Source of the DNA: Nitrosopumilus sp.
GTDB taxonomy: Archaea; Thermoproteota; Nitrososphaeria; Nitrososphaerales; Nitrosopumilaceae
Length of the DNA: 64,000 nt
Assembly (NCBI GenBank): GCA_965205675.1
Contig: OZ242186.1
Span: 32,001 to 96,000, forward strand
Direction of reading: 5' to 3'
Below are positions 1 to 10,454 of the stretch, one piece after another. The position numbers and the translations under genes are program-made. Positions within the stretch are counted from its first letter, which is position 1. Each line of letters starts with the position of its first letter. The notes under the pieces are model-generated. The model was not told the DNA's origin and ran no database searches. It saw nothing but the letters and a program-made list of their open reading frames with translations.

Positions 1-1
1 T

Positions 2-199
2 AAGAGGGTCGGACAAGACGCATTGACTCAGAGACGTATTACACAAATGCTTAGTGAAATTGCATTATCTGGGATTATTTCTGGCAGGTTAGTACATCAA
101 GGAATTCATGGTAGGACAAAAAAATACAAACTTACAATATCCACTGAAATGATAAAAAAGACATTCAAAGATGATCTAAATTTGCAAGACGTTATCTGA
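2..199 (+). CDS. cdc6: Cdc6/Orc1 replication initiator, C-terminal winged-helix end (partial, starts before the window)
   Basis: Manual translation KRVGQDALTQRRITQMLSEIALSGIISGRLVHQGIHGRTKKYKLT...DVI* resembles the Cdc6 C-terminus; not in the ORF track. Confidence 0.85.
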   Translation, partial: KRVGQDALTQRRITQMLSEIALSGIISGRLVHQGIHGRTKKYKLTISTEMIKKTFKDDLNLQDVI

Positions 200-1633
200 G
201 TTTAAACTGTAATTTTGATGGAAAACTTGGAAAGTTTTTAGATTAACAATTATAGCAATACCCGGATTTGGGGTCATTCCTACACTGGCCTGAAACGGTG
301 TCTGTTTTTGCCAAGAACCAGAATTTATCAACAAAATTCCCTTGTACATATCCAACTGGGCTCTATGTACATGACCTACATGAAAAATATCTGGAATATC
401 TTGAATTACTAAAAGATCCTCCATTTCGGGCGCTATTGGTGTCTGACTGCCATAAATTGGACTAAGATGTCTTGCTCTAAGTAGATGTTTCATTACATTT
501 GTAGGTCTATCATAACTAAGACCCGGTGTAGTCTTTACAATATCATCTATACTTTGCCCATGAAACATTGAAACTATTACTCCATTTAGTGAGACCACAG
601 CTGGATTACCTACCATTATCACATTTTCTCTTTCCCATAAACTCGAATTGTATTTTTTTGGTATAGCTGGCTGTGGCAATGCTCTTCTACCAGGATCATG
701 GTTTCCTGGCATCATGATGATTTTTACATTTTTTGGGATTTTATCTATCAAATCCTCTGCTTTTGTTAATTGCTCTTGGATAGTCTGACAAACCAATTCT
801 TTATTCTGGTTTGGGTATATTCCAACTCCATCTACCACATCTCCGCCAATTAAGACAAATCTAATTTTTCTTGCTACAGGATCTGGACTTGATATCCACG
901 AAACAAATTCTGAGAATTCATCCTCCATGAAATATTTACTTCCAATATGCAAGTCAGAAAGAAATACTGCATAGACATCACTTTCTGATTTGTTTTTTAC
1001 TTGTTCTGGAATGTCTGGCAGAATTAACTCCTTGATGATATGCCCCGAATTTTTTGCAGAGCCTATTCTTGCCATGACAAATTGGTCTATTAGCAAAGTA
1101 CCTGCAGTTTTTTGCAATTCCTTATCAAAAATTATGCCCTCAAATGAGCCTGATGGATCCTCTAAAACTATCTTAGTAACATTTCTTTCAGAATTTCTAA
1201 CACTAACTAATCCACATACATACGAATCATCATCAATTTTTGTACTTTTCAGAGAAGCTGCAGATTTTAACATTTTTGACTCTGGTCTGTTTGAAATGAT
1301 TCGTTTGAGCTTGTTAAAACGGCTAGAAAATAAGGCATTGTATCCTTTAACTCCCTCCCCTGATGTGATCTTCCCAGTTGGATCTGATAACACATTGACT
1401 TCACTTTGTAATGATGAATCTTCTTTAATTCCAAGATATGTCTCTAAATCATCTTGATTAATCTGAAATAATTTCTGTCTAGTCTTTTCTCTTATTATTT
1501 CTTTGATAATTTTCTCTAATTTTTTTACATCTATGTTTTCTAAAATCTTAAAAGCATCTGGATGAATCTGAAATCCTTTGTTTAGTGCATAGTTTAATGC
1601 AAAGGAGAGTTCCTTCTTCATATTAAAAAACAC
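176..1633 (-). CDS. polD1: DNA polymerase D small subunit DP1 (proofreading exonuclease)
   Basis: Calcineurin-like motifs SDLHIGS, GDVVDG, PGNHD, FHG, GHVH plus an OB-fold region. Confidence 0.95.
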   Translation of the reverse strand: MFFNMKKELSFALNYALNKGFQIHPDAFKILENIDVKKLEKIIKEIIREKTRQKLFQINQDDLETYLGIKEDSSLQSEVNVLSDPTGKITSGEGVKGYNALFSSRFNKLKRIISNRPESKMLKSAASLKSTKIDDDSYVCGLVSVRNSERNVTKIVLEDPSGSFEGIIFDKELQKTAGTLLIDQFVMARIGSAKNSGHIIKELILPDIPEQVKNKSESDVYAVFLSDLHIGSKYFMEDEFSEFVSWISSPDPVARKIRFVLIGGDVVDGVGIYPNQNKELVCQTIQEQLTKAEDLIDKIPKNVKIIMMPGNHDPGRRALPQPAIPKKYNSSLWERENVIMVGNPAVVSLNGVIVSMFHGQSIDDIVKTTPGLSYDRPTNVMKHLLRARHLSPIYGSQTPIAPEMEDLLVIQDIPDIFHVGHVHRAQLDMYKGILLINSGSWQKQTPFQASVGMTPNPGIAIIVNLKTFQVFHQNYSLNSDNVLQI

Positions 1634-1676
1634 AATTTGGTTTAATTAAATCTGCGCCCACATCAACCCTCAAATA

Positions 1677-2240
1677 ATGTTCAAGAGGTATGGCAATGTG
1701 AATAAAATTAGAATAATTACATTTTTTGTATTTTTAGGACTGTTTGCAACTGCATATCAAATAGGTTCAATGTCTACAGTGACTGAAGAAGAAGCAAATG
1801 CCTTCATGGCAGAATTTGAAGAACTTGTTTTAGACATTGATGCATTTGGAATATTCACTCATAATACAACCATAGCTCTACCAATGTTTATTCCGGGATT
1901 TGGTGTTGCGTGGGGGCTTTTCTCTGCATGGTCTACTGGGTTTGCTTTTGCTGCAATAGTACTAACTGCGCCCCAACTTAATGAGATTCCTCCACTTTCG
2001 ATTCTTTTATTGTCTCCATTTGGATTAATGGAACTAGTTGCATATTCTATTGGAATTTCTAGAAGTTTTATTTTGATTAAAGCAATTGTGAAAAAAACTG
2101 GTTTGGCCCCACTTGTCAAACCAACAATAATTGAAATTGGAATTGTTGTAAGCCTTCTTTTAGCTGGAGGGTATCTTGAATTTTACATGATAGAATTAGC
2201 ACAAGAAGAAGGGCTAATAGATAACATGTCTGGCTTCTAA
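1677..2240 (+). CDS. SpoIIM-like membrane protein
   Basis: Several hydrophobic helices; IFTHN and PFGLMELVAY motifs. Confidence 0.7.
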   Translation: MFKRYGNVNKIRIITFFVFLGLFATAYQIGSMSTVTEEEANAFMAEFEELVLDIDAFGIFTHNTTIALPMFIPGFGVAWGLFSAWSTGFAFAAIVLTAPQLNEIPPLSILLLSPFGLMELVAYSIGISRSFILIKAIVKKTGLAPLVKPTIIEIGIVVSLLLAGGYLEFYMIELAQEEGLIDNMSGF

Positions 2241-2283
2241 TTTAGATGATAAATTTTTGCGTAAAGGAAAGTATATCTGAATT

Positions 2284-2649
2284 ATGGCGAAATTGAAAGT
2301 TCAAGCAGATCTGATACATCAATTAGCTTTTTTGTAAGATTAATTGAAGAAAGTAAAGATCCATTAGTTTATGGGTTTACAGACAGAATCACAACATGAG
2401 ATGATGCCTATAAAATAATTTACACAATAAAATTATCTGCTTTACCAAAGATTACTTTACAAACAGTTCTATACTCAATAACAAAAATTCGTCACCCTAT
2501 TCTGAACTCGATTTACGTACATTGTAGATTCAAGTTTAAATTTCAGGAATTAGTATAGTTTGGAAGATTTTGGGTCATGAATATTTGTTAGACAGTATAC
2601 AACATCTGATAACTTTACCTTTGATGATGTACAAAATACAGGCAATTAA
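2284..2649 (+). pseudogene. degraded ORF of unknown function
   Basis: MAKLKVQADLIHQLAF... followed by coding-like sequence with frameshifts and stops. Confidence 0.3.
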
Positions 2650-3359
2650 TTTTCCCATTGCCATCTATAATTCATGTATGAATCAAGGCTTACTTGGTTA
2701 AACACCATTACAGATAAGTCAGAAAATTCTTTTAATTCTAATTCTTGCACCGTTCCTTCAAAACTTGTCTCATTTTCAGTTGTTATTGCTTCAAACACAT
2801 GCACTTTCATCTTACGAGTTTCAAAATTATGCATTCGAAGATAAATCGCTATTTCAGAAGGCATGAAGTGCTTTTCTGGTTGTTTCGGCCAAGGTCTTGG
2901 AACTAAAACTACACTAAAACCATCAATCAATGCTTTCTGCAGCTCTAATTTTTTATCTTCTATAGGAGTTGTAACATGCATAGTAATCACTTTGGATTTA
3001 TCTAGAGGAACTTTTGCCCTTGATGCAGCTACTTGAATTGAACTAATACCTGGAATGATTTCAACTTCTCCAAAAATCTCTATTAATCTATCAACTACTT
3101 CTGATTCTGAAAAATTTACATCTCCTGTGAATGGTATTACTAATGTTTTGTCCTCAAGTTCTGGAAGAATTTTCTGATAAGAATCTTCTTGATCATTCAT
3201 AGTAACTTCATAGATTTCTTTTCCAACTATCAAATCTTCAATTGTTTTTAATGTATACTTGTAACCAATAACAACATCACAATTTCGAATTATTTCTCTT
3301 ACAATTTCTGTTATATATTCTGGAGAACCAGGTCCAACACCTACTGCATACACTTTCAA
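2646..3359 (-). CDS. cbiE: cobalt-precorrin-7 C5-methyltransferase (CbiE-like tetrapyrrole methylase)
   Basis: VGVGPGSPEYIT, TGDVNFS and IIPGISSIQVAA motifs. Confidence 0.8.
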   Translation of the reverse strand: MKVYAVGVGPGSPEYITEIVREIIRNCDVVIGYKYTLKTIEDLIVGKEIYEVTMNDQEDSYQKILPELEDKTLVIPFTGDVNFSESEVVDRLIEIFGEVEIIPGISSIQVAASRAKVPLDKSKVITMHVTTPIEDKKLELQKALIDGFSVVLVPRPWPKQPEKHFMPSEIAIYLRMHNFETRKMKVHVFEAITTENETSFEGTVQELELKEFSDLSVMVFNQVSLDSYMNYRWQWEN

Positions 3360-3361
3360 TT

Positions 3362-3853
3362 TTATTTTGTAAATTTTTGTCTGTCTTTAATGTATTGCAC
3401 AAAAGGTTCCCAATCAACTTTCATGTATTTTGTAGGCTCTTTTACAGGATATTTTACCCAATCTTGTGCTATTGAATATTGAAATTTCTCATCTTTTCCA
3501 TCTTTTTGATATTCTAACTGTAATGAACTTCCCCAATCTCTCTCCGTGAAACTTATGTTGGATATATCATCAAATCGTAATTCAATATTTCTATCATCCT
3601 CACTATCATTCATCAAATCTTTTTCGTTGTACCCGTCATGACGAATCATTATATTTTTTGATTTGATAAAATTAATTACTTGTCTTTGAGTGATAGCTTT
3701 CCACCAATTCATTTTAGATTCTGTTTTATGAACAAACATTAAATGTTTGTCAGTTAATACCAACATGCCTTCTTTACCACCAATCGAAAACATTTTTTTT
3801 GATTCTCTCCAAACTGAAACTAAATGTGCCTGAATCTCTTCATCAGGTTCCAT
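3362..3853 (-). CDS. hypothetical protein, possibly PH-like fold
   Basis: 163-aa ORF with G-x-L-V-L-T-D-K-H-L-M-F pattern; 2 nt upstream of cbiE. Confidence 0.6.
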   Translation of the reverse strand: MEPDEEIQAHLVSVWRESKKMFSIGGKEGMLVLTDKHLMFVHKTESKMNWWKAITQRQVINFIKSKNIMIRHDGYNEKDLMNDSEDDRNIELRFDDISNISFTERDWGSSLQLEYQKDGKDEKFQYSIAQDWVKYPVKEPTKYMKVDWEPFVQYIKDRQKFTK

Positions 3854-3926
3854 ACTAGTTCATTTATCAGACTTTGTTAAAAACTAATACAATTAGCTTT
3901 TAAGTGAGCATTTACGGGGAAAATTA

Positions 3927-5414
3927 TTGAATAAAACATATTTGATTTTATCTTTTTCAGCACTGTTAATTGGTTTTGGAAATAATGCGTTTGCTCAATT
4001 CGATGATAAATTAGCAGTTTTAGAAACAAATCTTGGAACTATTATAATAGAATTTTTCCCTAACGATGCACCAAAACATGTTGATAATTTTATTGGCTTG
4101 ACTGAGTCAGGATTTTATGATGGTGTATTATTCCATAGAATTATTCCAGGATTTATGATTCAAGGTGGAGATCCTAATACAATTGATGGCGATCCAAACA
4201 CTTGGGGAATTGGTGGACCAAGTACAAGCGTAGATGCTGAATTTAACACAATCAAACATAATCGTGGAATAGTTTCTATGGCAAGATCAGCTGATCCTAA
4301 CAGTGGAGGTTCTCAATTTTTTATTGTTCATGCAGACTCTAATTTTCTAGATCAACAATACACTGTATTTGGTAGAGTTGTTACTGCTGAAAGTTTAGAA
4401 ACTTTAGATAAAATTGCATTAGTTGAAACTGGTACTGGAGATAATCCATTAGATCCTGAACAAGTTAGACTTGTAAAAGCTACTATAGTTAACCATTCTG
4501 AAATTTCAAATCTTCTTGATTTAGAAGAACCAGAACGTGTAGAATCTGTTGCAATTCCACCAATTGGTAATCAAAAATTTGAAAGTATCGAACATAAAAT
4601 TTCACTCAGTATACCTGAAGGTTGGATGTTACAAGAAGGAGAAAAAACTGCAGAAGATTCCCCTAATTTTGTAGCAGTTGGGCCAAAAATAGGCATAATG
4701 AATCCAAATATTTCACTAACAGTTCAAAACACAAACGGAAAAACATTTGATGAAATAATATCTGAAAAAATTGATATGTTAAAAGAAATTAAAGAATCTG
4801 GAAACTTAAAAATAATTTCACAAGATAAAGTAACAATTAATGAAAATGATGCATTTGTAACTGATGCACAAGGAATATTTTTTTCTAATAGTTCAGACTT
4901 TAATGTACAATTCCGTGAAGTAATTTTTTATTACAATGAAAAATACTATATCATTGCATATGCAAATGGAATAGATGAATTTGATTCCCAACTCCCAAAA
5001 TTTGAGGAAACAATTGATTCATTCCAACTTTTATCTGAAGAGGAGGATGTAGGTGGATGTTTGATTGCAACAGCTACATTTGGTTCAGAACTAGCTCCAC
5101 AAGTTCAACAATTAAGAGAACTACGAGATAATACAATCTCATCAACAAAGTCTGGAACTGCATTCATGACAGGCTTTAACCAATTCTACTATTCATTTTC
5201 ACCTGTAATTGCTGATTTAGAACGTGAAAATCCTCTTTTCAAAGAAGCTGTTAAATTATCAATTACCCCAATGCTATTGACATTATCAATTCTAAATTAC
5301 GCTGAAATTAATTCTGAAGAAGAAATGCTATTCTATGGAACTGGAATAATTTTGATGAATATTGGAATGTATTTTGCAGCACCTATAATAATTATCTATA
5401 AAATTAGAAAATAA
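3927..5414 (+). CDS. secreted cyclophilin-type peptidyl-prolyl isomerase with PsbP-like domain and CFI-box-CTERM
   Basis: Signal peptide; FHRIIPGFMIQGGDP and SQFFI; C-terminal GGCLIATATFGSELAPQVQQLRELRD plus TM helix. Confidence 0.9.
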   Translation: MNKTYLILSFSALLIGFGNNAFAQFDDKLAVLETNLGTIIIEFFPNDAPKHVDNFIGLTESGFYDGVLFHRIIPGFMIQGGDPNTIDGDPNTWGIGGPSTSVDAEFNTIKHNRGIVSMARSADPNSGGSQFFIVHADSNFLDQQYTVFGRVVTAESLETLDKIALVETGTGDNPLDPEQVRLVKATIVNHSEISNLLDLEEPERVESVAIPPIGNQKFESIEHKISLSIPEGWMLQEGEKTAEDSPNFVAVGPKIGIMNPNISLTVQNTNGKTFDEIISEKIDMLKEIKESGNLKIISQDKVTINENDAFVTDAQGIFFSNSSDFNVQFREVIFYYNEKYYIIAYANGIDEFDSQLPKFEETIDSFQLLSEEEDVGGCLIATATFGSELAPQVQQLRELRDNTISSTKSGTAFMTGFNQFYYSFSPVIADLERENPLFKEAVKLSITPMLLTLSILNYAEINSEEEMLFYGTGIILMNIGMYFAAPIIIIYKIRK

Positions 5415-6773
5415 CTACCAAACATCATCTACTTCATCAAGTAGTTTGTATTCTTTTTCAGGTTCACGTTTCATTAGTTTTAGTCTGGAAATATCTCTAT
5501 CAAAGAACAAATCTATTGTCCAATCAAGAAACACACGAATTTTTTTATCGAATGTTGTAATCTTTGAAAGGTATACATTTCTCCAAATTAACCAAGCCCA
5601 AAATCCTGAAATATTCATTCCCAAAAAGGTAGCAATACCTGATCTTTTTCCAATTATTGCCATCTGTCCTTTGGAATGATAAACGAATTTTTCTTTTTTC
5701 GAATTTTTAATCAACGATGTTAAATTTTTAGCAGCAACTTTTGCTTGAGCTTCTGCGATCTGAGCAGTTGGAGGTAACGGTCGTTGTGTTTCAGGATCTA
5801 TATGTAATGCACAATCTCCAATCACAAATACTCCGGAAAAATCTGAAACTTCCAAATAATTATTTACTACAACTTTTCCTTTTTCTGTCTTAAACATTGA
5901 TCTCTTTATCGTATTAACTGGCGTAACCCCTGCAGTCCAAATCAAAGTCTTTGTAATTATTGAATTGATTTTAGACGAATCAATTGAATCCTTTGGATAT
6001 TCATCTAATGATTTGGTAGTAACTTCGTTTCCATCAAAACTAGTAACAGTTGTTTTTAATCTGATGTCAATTCCACGCTCTATCATCTTGTCTTTTGCAA
6101 AATCAGCTAGTTTTTGATTAAATCCAGGTAAAATCACACCTAGAGCCTCCAACACAATCACCTTAAGATCTTCCTTGTGAATTGTAGGGTAGTGTTTTCT
6201 TGCATCTAAAAGAAAATCCATTAATTCTCCCGCTGTCTCAATACCCGCAAATCCTCCTCCCACGACAACAAAATTCAAGAAACTCTTTCTTAGTATTGGA
6301 TTTGTTTCATTCTCTGCCTTTTCTAGCATATCTATTACTCGATTCCTTAGCATTACAGCATCATTGAGTGTCTTCATGGTGTATGCATTTTTTTCAACAT
6401 CTGCCATTCCAAAAAAGTTAGTCTCACTACCTAATGCAACAACTAAGAAATCATAATGTATTGAAATACTTCTTTTGTCCCTAGTTCCCCATAACGTTAC
6501 AAGCTTTCCATATGGATCAATATTTTTAATTCTACTTTCATAGAATTTTATTTTTTTACAAACTGTTCTAATTGGTAAAATAATATGTCTAGTTTCGATC
6601 ATTCCAGAAGCAACTTGTGGCAACATCGGAGTAAATAAAAGAAAATTATCTTCACTTACCATGACCAATTCAATTTCAGGATCATCCCCAAATTCTAATT
6701 CTAATTCTCTAGCACATTTTACTCCTGCAAAACCCCCACCTAAAATTACAATTTTTCTCTTGTTTTTTACCAA
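5415..6773 (-). CDS. type II NADH dehydrogenase-like FAD-dependent oxidoreductase
   Basis: Two GGGFAG dinucleotide-binding motifs; WTAGV, IGDCA, PPTAQIA. Confidence 0.85.
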   Translation of the reverse strand: MVKNKRKIVILGGGFAGVKCARELELEFGDDPEIELVMVSEDNFLLFTPMLPQVASGMIETRHIILPIRTVCKKIKFYESRIKNIDPYGKLVTLWGTRDKRSISIHYDFLVVALGSETNFFGMADVEKNAYTMKTLNDAVMLRNRVIDMLEKAENETNPILRKSFLNFVVVGGGFAGIETAGELMDFLLDARKHYPTIHKEDLKVIVLEALGVILPGFNQKLADFAKDKMIERGIDIRLKTTVTSFDGNEVTTKSLDEYPKDSIDSSKINSIITKTLIWTAGVTPVNTIKRSMFKTEKGKVVVNNYLEVSDFSGVFVIGDCALHIDPETQRPLPPTAQIAEAQAKVAAKNLTSLIKNSKKEKFVYHSKGQMAIIGKRSGIATFLGMNISGFWAWLIWRNVYLSKITTFDKKIRVFLDWTIDLFFDRDISRLKLMKREPEKEYKLLDEVDDVW

Positions 6774-7133
6774 TTACACTCTTCTCATAATTTATATGAA
6801 TATATGCTCAACTGATCCCAACACAAACCATTTAGGCAAATTTTGATGATCATTTAGATCTACGAACAATGTCATTTAGAACAATTCTATGCAATTTACA
6901 GAACTAACAAACAAGCAATGAAATATGTTGCAATTACATTTGCCAAAACCAGCTAAAACTGGCCAGACCTAGAGCCGATGACAGGATCACCATCAATCCA
7001 ATAATGTTTGTGTTAATTACAGGTTGCAGGTGGATTGACCTACCTGTGCAGTACAGTTCCAAATCATCCGCACATAGGAGATTTCAGGATTTCCAGCAAA
7101 AGGGAATATGGAAAAAGATTCTCAAATATGTAA

Positions 7134-7292
7134 TGGTTTCTTCCTAATCTGTTTGTTTGTAATCTTTTTTGGAGCCGAGTATTTACGAACCTTGGAACTG
7201 CTAGACTCATTTTTTATGCTATCTGATTTCCTTGCTTTCTTATTCACATATCCATGTGAATCCCTTTTAACTATTGTCGGTATTTTTGCCAT
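7134..7292 (-). pseudogene. 5' fragment of second IS110 transposase (IS110B)
   Basis: Same sequence as 30207-30365, which continues into MFVGIDLHK. Confidence 0.75.
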
Positions 7293-7299
7293 ATTAATT

Positions 7300-7460
7300 A
7301 CAGCTTACGCTAATACACTCATACTTTCAATCACAGATGAAACCAGACACATATCCATTCGGGGTTCTCCCCCAGTACCATCTTCATCCATTTATTAGGT
7401 GAAACCGCGGTTATAGTTTCGAGGTATTATGCATCCTCAATGTGAAAACGCGGCCAAACT
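7300..7460 (-). ncRNA. candidate IS110 bridge RNA, variant 1 (copy 1)
   Basis: Non-coding spacer after the transposase stop; reverse complement aligns by eye with 29034-29180 and 46094-46243 and shows compensated stems. Confidence 0.6.
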
Positions 7461-7482
7461 CCTAACTGTAATGTTTTACAAA

Positions 7483-8570
7483 TTATTGATGACATTGAAT
7501 AAATTCTCTCCTCTCTTTTAGCATCCAATAAATGACACGCAATAACTTTGATGCAGCAGCAACTGCTGCCTTTGAGGTCCCTCTCTTTTTCTTAATGCGA
7601 TTATAAAATTTTGTAATGTCGCTATCTAGTGCGTATCTAACATGTGCATGAATTGCCTCCACTAGCAACCATCTTAGCATGGTGCTTCCTCTCTTTGTAA
7701 TTCTTCCGTGATGTATTGTATCTGCAGAATTTCTCACCGATGGAACAATCCCTGCATATGCACATAACTTGTGAGAATTTGAAAATCTACTAATCTCTGC
7801 AATTTCTGAGAATATGCTCAATGCAGTGTATGGTCCAACTCCAGGTGTGGATGTCAAAATACACACACCAGGATTATCATTTACCATGCGACGTATCATG
7901 GAATCTATCTTTGCAACCTCCTTTTTGTGAAATTTTATGCTTTGTAGGTACGAATCTATTCTATAACTCTCCAATTTTCCAAGTGCACGTATGTGTTCTG
8001 AGGAAAATGGTGTTGCTTTGATATGGATTCCCTCCTGTAGTGTAATACCATGTATGGAATTCTTCATCTTTACAATAATGCGCACAATCTTGTGTCGATG
8101 TCTTACAAGCTGTCTGTATTGCACAATTGTGTGATCTGGCACAAATGATTCTGCAATGTATTCCTCGTAGCAAATTTGCAAGATGGTACGCATCAATTTT
8201 ATCAGTCTTTTTGAGTGATGATGCTATTATCTTTGTGTTGTATGGATTAGATAGTATAACATCAAGATGTAATTTGTCTGTCATGTGTCTATAAAGGCCA
8301 TACCAGACAGATGATGACTCTAAAACATATTTTGCGTTCTTTGGAATTTTGGATGTAATTTTGCTAATAGCAGAAAAATCACTGGAAATCTTTTTGTTAA
8401 ATAATAATTTGCCAATCTCATCTACTGCTGCCACCTGTACAGAGTTCTTGTGAACATCCAATCCTACAAACATCAAATATTTTTTTTTCAGGAAGGGTAG
8501 TGTGTTTGTTTGCATTTCTTACTTTCTTGATACGAATGCAAGTACCATCTAATTTCCTAGCTGATTTTGG
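7483..8570 (-). mobile_element. IS110-family transposase IS110A, split by a +1 frameshift (ORFs 7961-8515 and 7483-8196)
   Basis: RuvC-like DEDD part FVGLDVHK..LESS..KTDKIDA; C-part TPGVGP..AYAGIVPSVRNSA..GRITKRG..AVAAASKL. Confidence 0.92.
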
Positions 8571-9153
8571 CACATATGGTTATAGTTATCTGCACACAAA
8601 GCAAACAAGATTAGTCTGAAAAAAGCATCAGTTGATTCCTCAAGTGCTGCTGCAAAAAAGGGGCAACGATATAAGAAGAGATGGTTTCAAAAAGATTACA
8701 AGCACAAAAATTCATGTTGCAGTAGAACAAAACGGTTTATCAATATCTATTACAATGGATTCTGCAAATTTTCATAATTTCACAAAATATGGAATTGATG
8801 AAAAAGAAAACATTTCTGATTTTGTAAATGATGAGGAAAATTGTTTCAGTTTATGCAGACGAAATTTGTGATGCAAAATCAATTAGAAATCATTTGAGAA
8901 ACAGAAACATCAATCCATGTATTCCATTTAGAAAAAATAATGATGGAGCAACAAAAAATAGATCATACAAAAAAATATAACAAGATTCGTTATGTTGTGG
9001 AGAGATTCTTTGCATAACTCAAGTGTGGATTCTGCAAGAACAGCAATAAGATATGAAAAGAATTGCAAGAATTATTTGGGACCCGTTTACTTGGCACCAA
9101 TTCTGATGTATTGGAGAGTATTGGGATGAGTTGGCTATAAGAATAACCTTCAT

Positions 9154-9819
9154 TTAGGTTCTCATGATATCTGAATGTAAAATATCATAAGCTCTGGATG
9201 AATCTCTTTCATTTAAAATTATTATTATATTATCCTGACTGAAAAATGCATTAACCAATTCTATCCCATTTACATGTAAAACTTCAGCAACATATGACAC
9301 TACATCTGATTGATTTTGAGATCTAGGTATTGAAATTCTTATTTTTGCTAATCCAGTACTAAACATATTATCATTTACTGACACATTATTGAAGATTTCT
9401 CTAATGTCTTCCATATCTTCAGCAAGGAATCTAAACGAATCAGAAACTCTGAAAAAATCATAATTGTTAGTTATTTTGGAGAATTTATCTAAAATTATCA
9501 TAGGATCCATTTCATTTGAATCCTTCATGGAAAACTTGACATCCATTATACCGTCAGTTAGTGCTAATCTTGCATTTTTCAAAACTGATTCCTCTTTGAC
9601 TTCATCTTTAATTTCAAATGAATCTGCATATCTCTTAATTGCAACAACAACAGTATTGAGGTTCACAGAATTTCCTAGGATTTTTTCAATTTCTGGTTGG
9701 ATCTTTACTGCCAGAGCTGTATAGTTAATCAAATCCATCTTCATGCAATCATAAACTGAGCGATTTCTGGTGATGATCTCTCTTACTACTTCAGGTATAG
9801 ACATGCTTGAAGCTCTCAT
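9154..9819 (-). CDS. ACT-domain-containing protein
   Basis: Archaeal family N-terminus LINYTALA..I; C-terminal ACT-like VVSYVAEVLHVNGIELV. Confidence 0.75.
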   Translation of the reverse strand: MRASSMSIPEVVREIITRNRSVYDCMKMDLINYTALAVKIQPEIEKILGNSVNLNTVVVAIKRYADSFEIKDEVKEESVLKNARLALTDGIMDVKFSMKDSNEMDPMIILDKFSKITNNYDFFRVSDSFRFLAEDMEDIREIFNNVSVNDNMFSTGLAKIRISIPRSQNQSDVVSYVAEVLHVNGIELVNAFFSQDNIIIILNERDSSRAYDILHSDIMRT

Positions 9820-9884
9820 TAAGATTATTATATTATGTCAGTTATAATAGGATTATGTAAAATTTTATCTAAATACTACTAATC

Positions 9885-9910
9885 TTTATATAATGTAATA
9901 CCTATTACAT
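9885..9910 (+). promoter_or_regulatory. TATA box plus palindromic operator upstream of hsp20-cdc48
   Basis: TTTATATA at 9885-9892 followed directly by the perfect inverted repeat ATGTAATA-cc-TATTACAT at 9893-9910. Confidence 0.55.
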
Positions 9911-9917
9911 AAAATAG

Positions 9918-10424
9918 GTGAATATGACAATGTTCTTCGATAGTGAAATTGATAGAATTTTCAAAAAAATGTCAAAATCTTTTTTTGATATAGACGACAT
10001 TTTTGAGGAATTCAAGGAAAATGGTTCTGAATCTGGTTCATATTGTTATGGTTATACCATGACCGTTGGCCCTGATGGAAAACCTGTTGTAAAGGAGTAT
10101 GGAAATGCCAAACCGGGTCTTTTACCAACTTCTGATATACGAGAACCATTAGTTGACATAATTGTCGACGAAAAAGAAAAAGTAGTAAAACTCATAGCTG
10201 AGATGCCGGGAGTTGAAAAATCTGATGTCAAAATTGTTGTTGAAAATAAAACAGTAGAACTTTCAGCAGAACATGGTGAGAAAAAATATCATGCCAAAGT
10301 TCCTGTACAACACAAGGTTGATGAAAACTCTGTAAAAGCTTCTTATAAAAATGGAGTTTTACAAATTGTCTTCAAATTAATTGAAGAAGAGAAACCAAAA
10401 GGCAAAACGGTGGAGGTTGAATAA
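9918..10424 (+). CDS. hsp20: archaeal small heat-shock protein
   Basis: YGYTMTVGPDGKP, AEMPGVEK and ASYKNGVL motifs. Confidence 0.95.
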   Translation: MNMTMFFDSEIDRIFKKMSKSFFDIDDIFEEFKENGSESGSYCYGYTMTVGPDGKPVVKEYGNAKPGLLPTSDIREPLVDIIVDEKEKVVKLIAEMPGVEKSDVKIVVENKTVELSAEHGEKKYHAKVPVQHKVDENSVKASYKNGVLQIVFKLIEEEKPKGKTVEVE

Positions 10425-10454
10425 ACCCCTCGTTAATTTTTTTGAGGTAACGAT

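Larger units (their letters stand above)
6806..9135 (+). mobile_element. degenerate IS5-family element (IS427/IS1031-like) interrupted by an IS110 unit
   Basis: Imperfect TIRs gctcaactgatcccaa / ttgggatgagttggc; N-part MQFTELTNKQ*..LPKPAKTG..RADDR..LITGCRWIDLP..SAHRRF (6889-7133) resumes at ~8591 with VDSS..AAKKG, KIHVAV, RYVVERFFA. Confidence 0.8.

Noticed and set aside
1-1700. Replication origin near cdc6
   Set aside because: Only the cdc6 3' end is present and I saw no ORB-like repeats
7108-7398. ORFs 7108-7398 and 30172-30471 as membrane proteins
   Set aside because: Antisense shadows of the Lys-rich IS110B N-terminus and the RNA spacer
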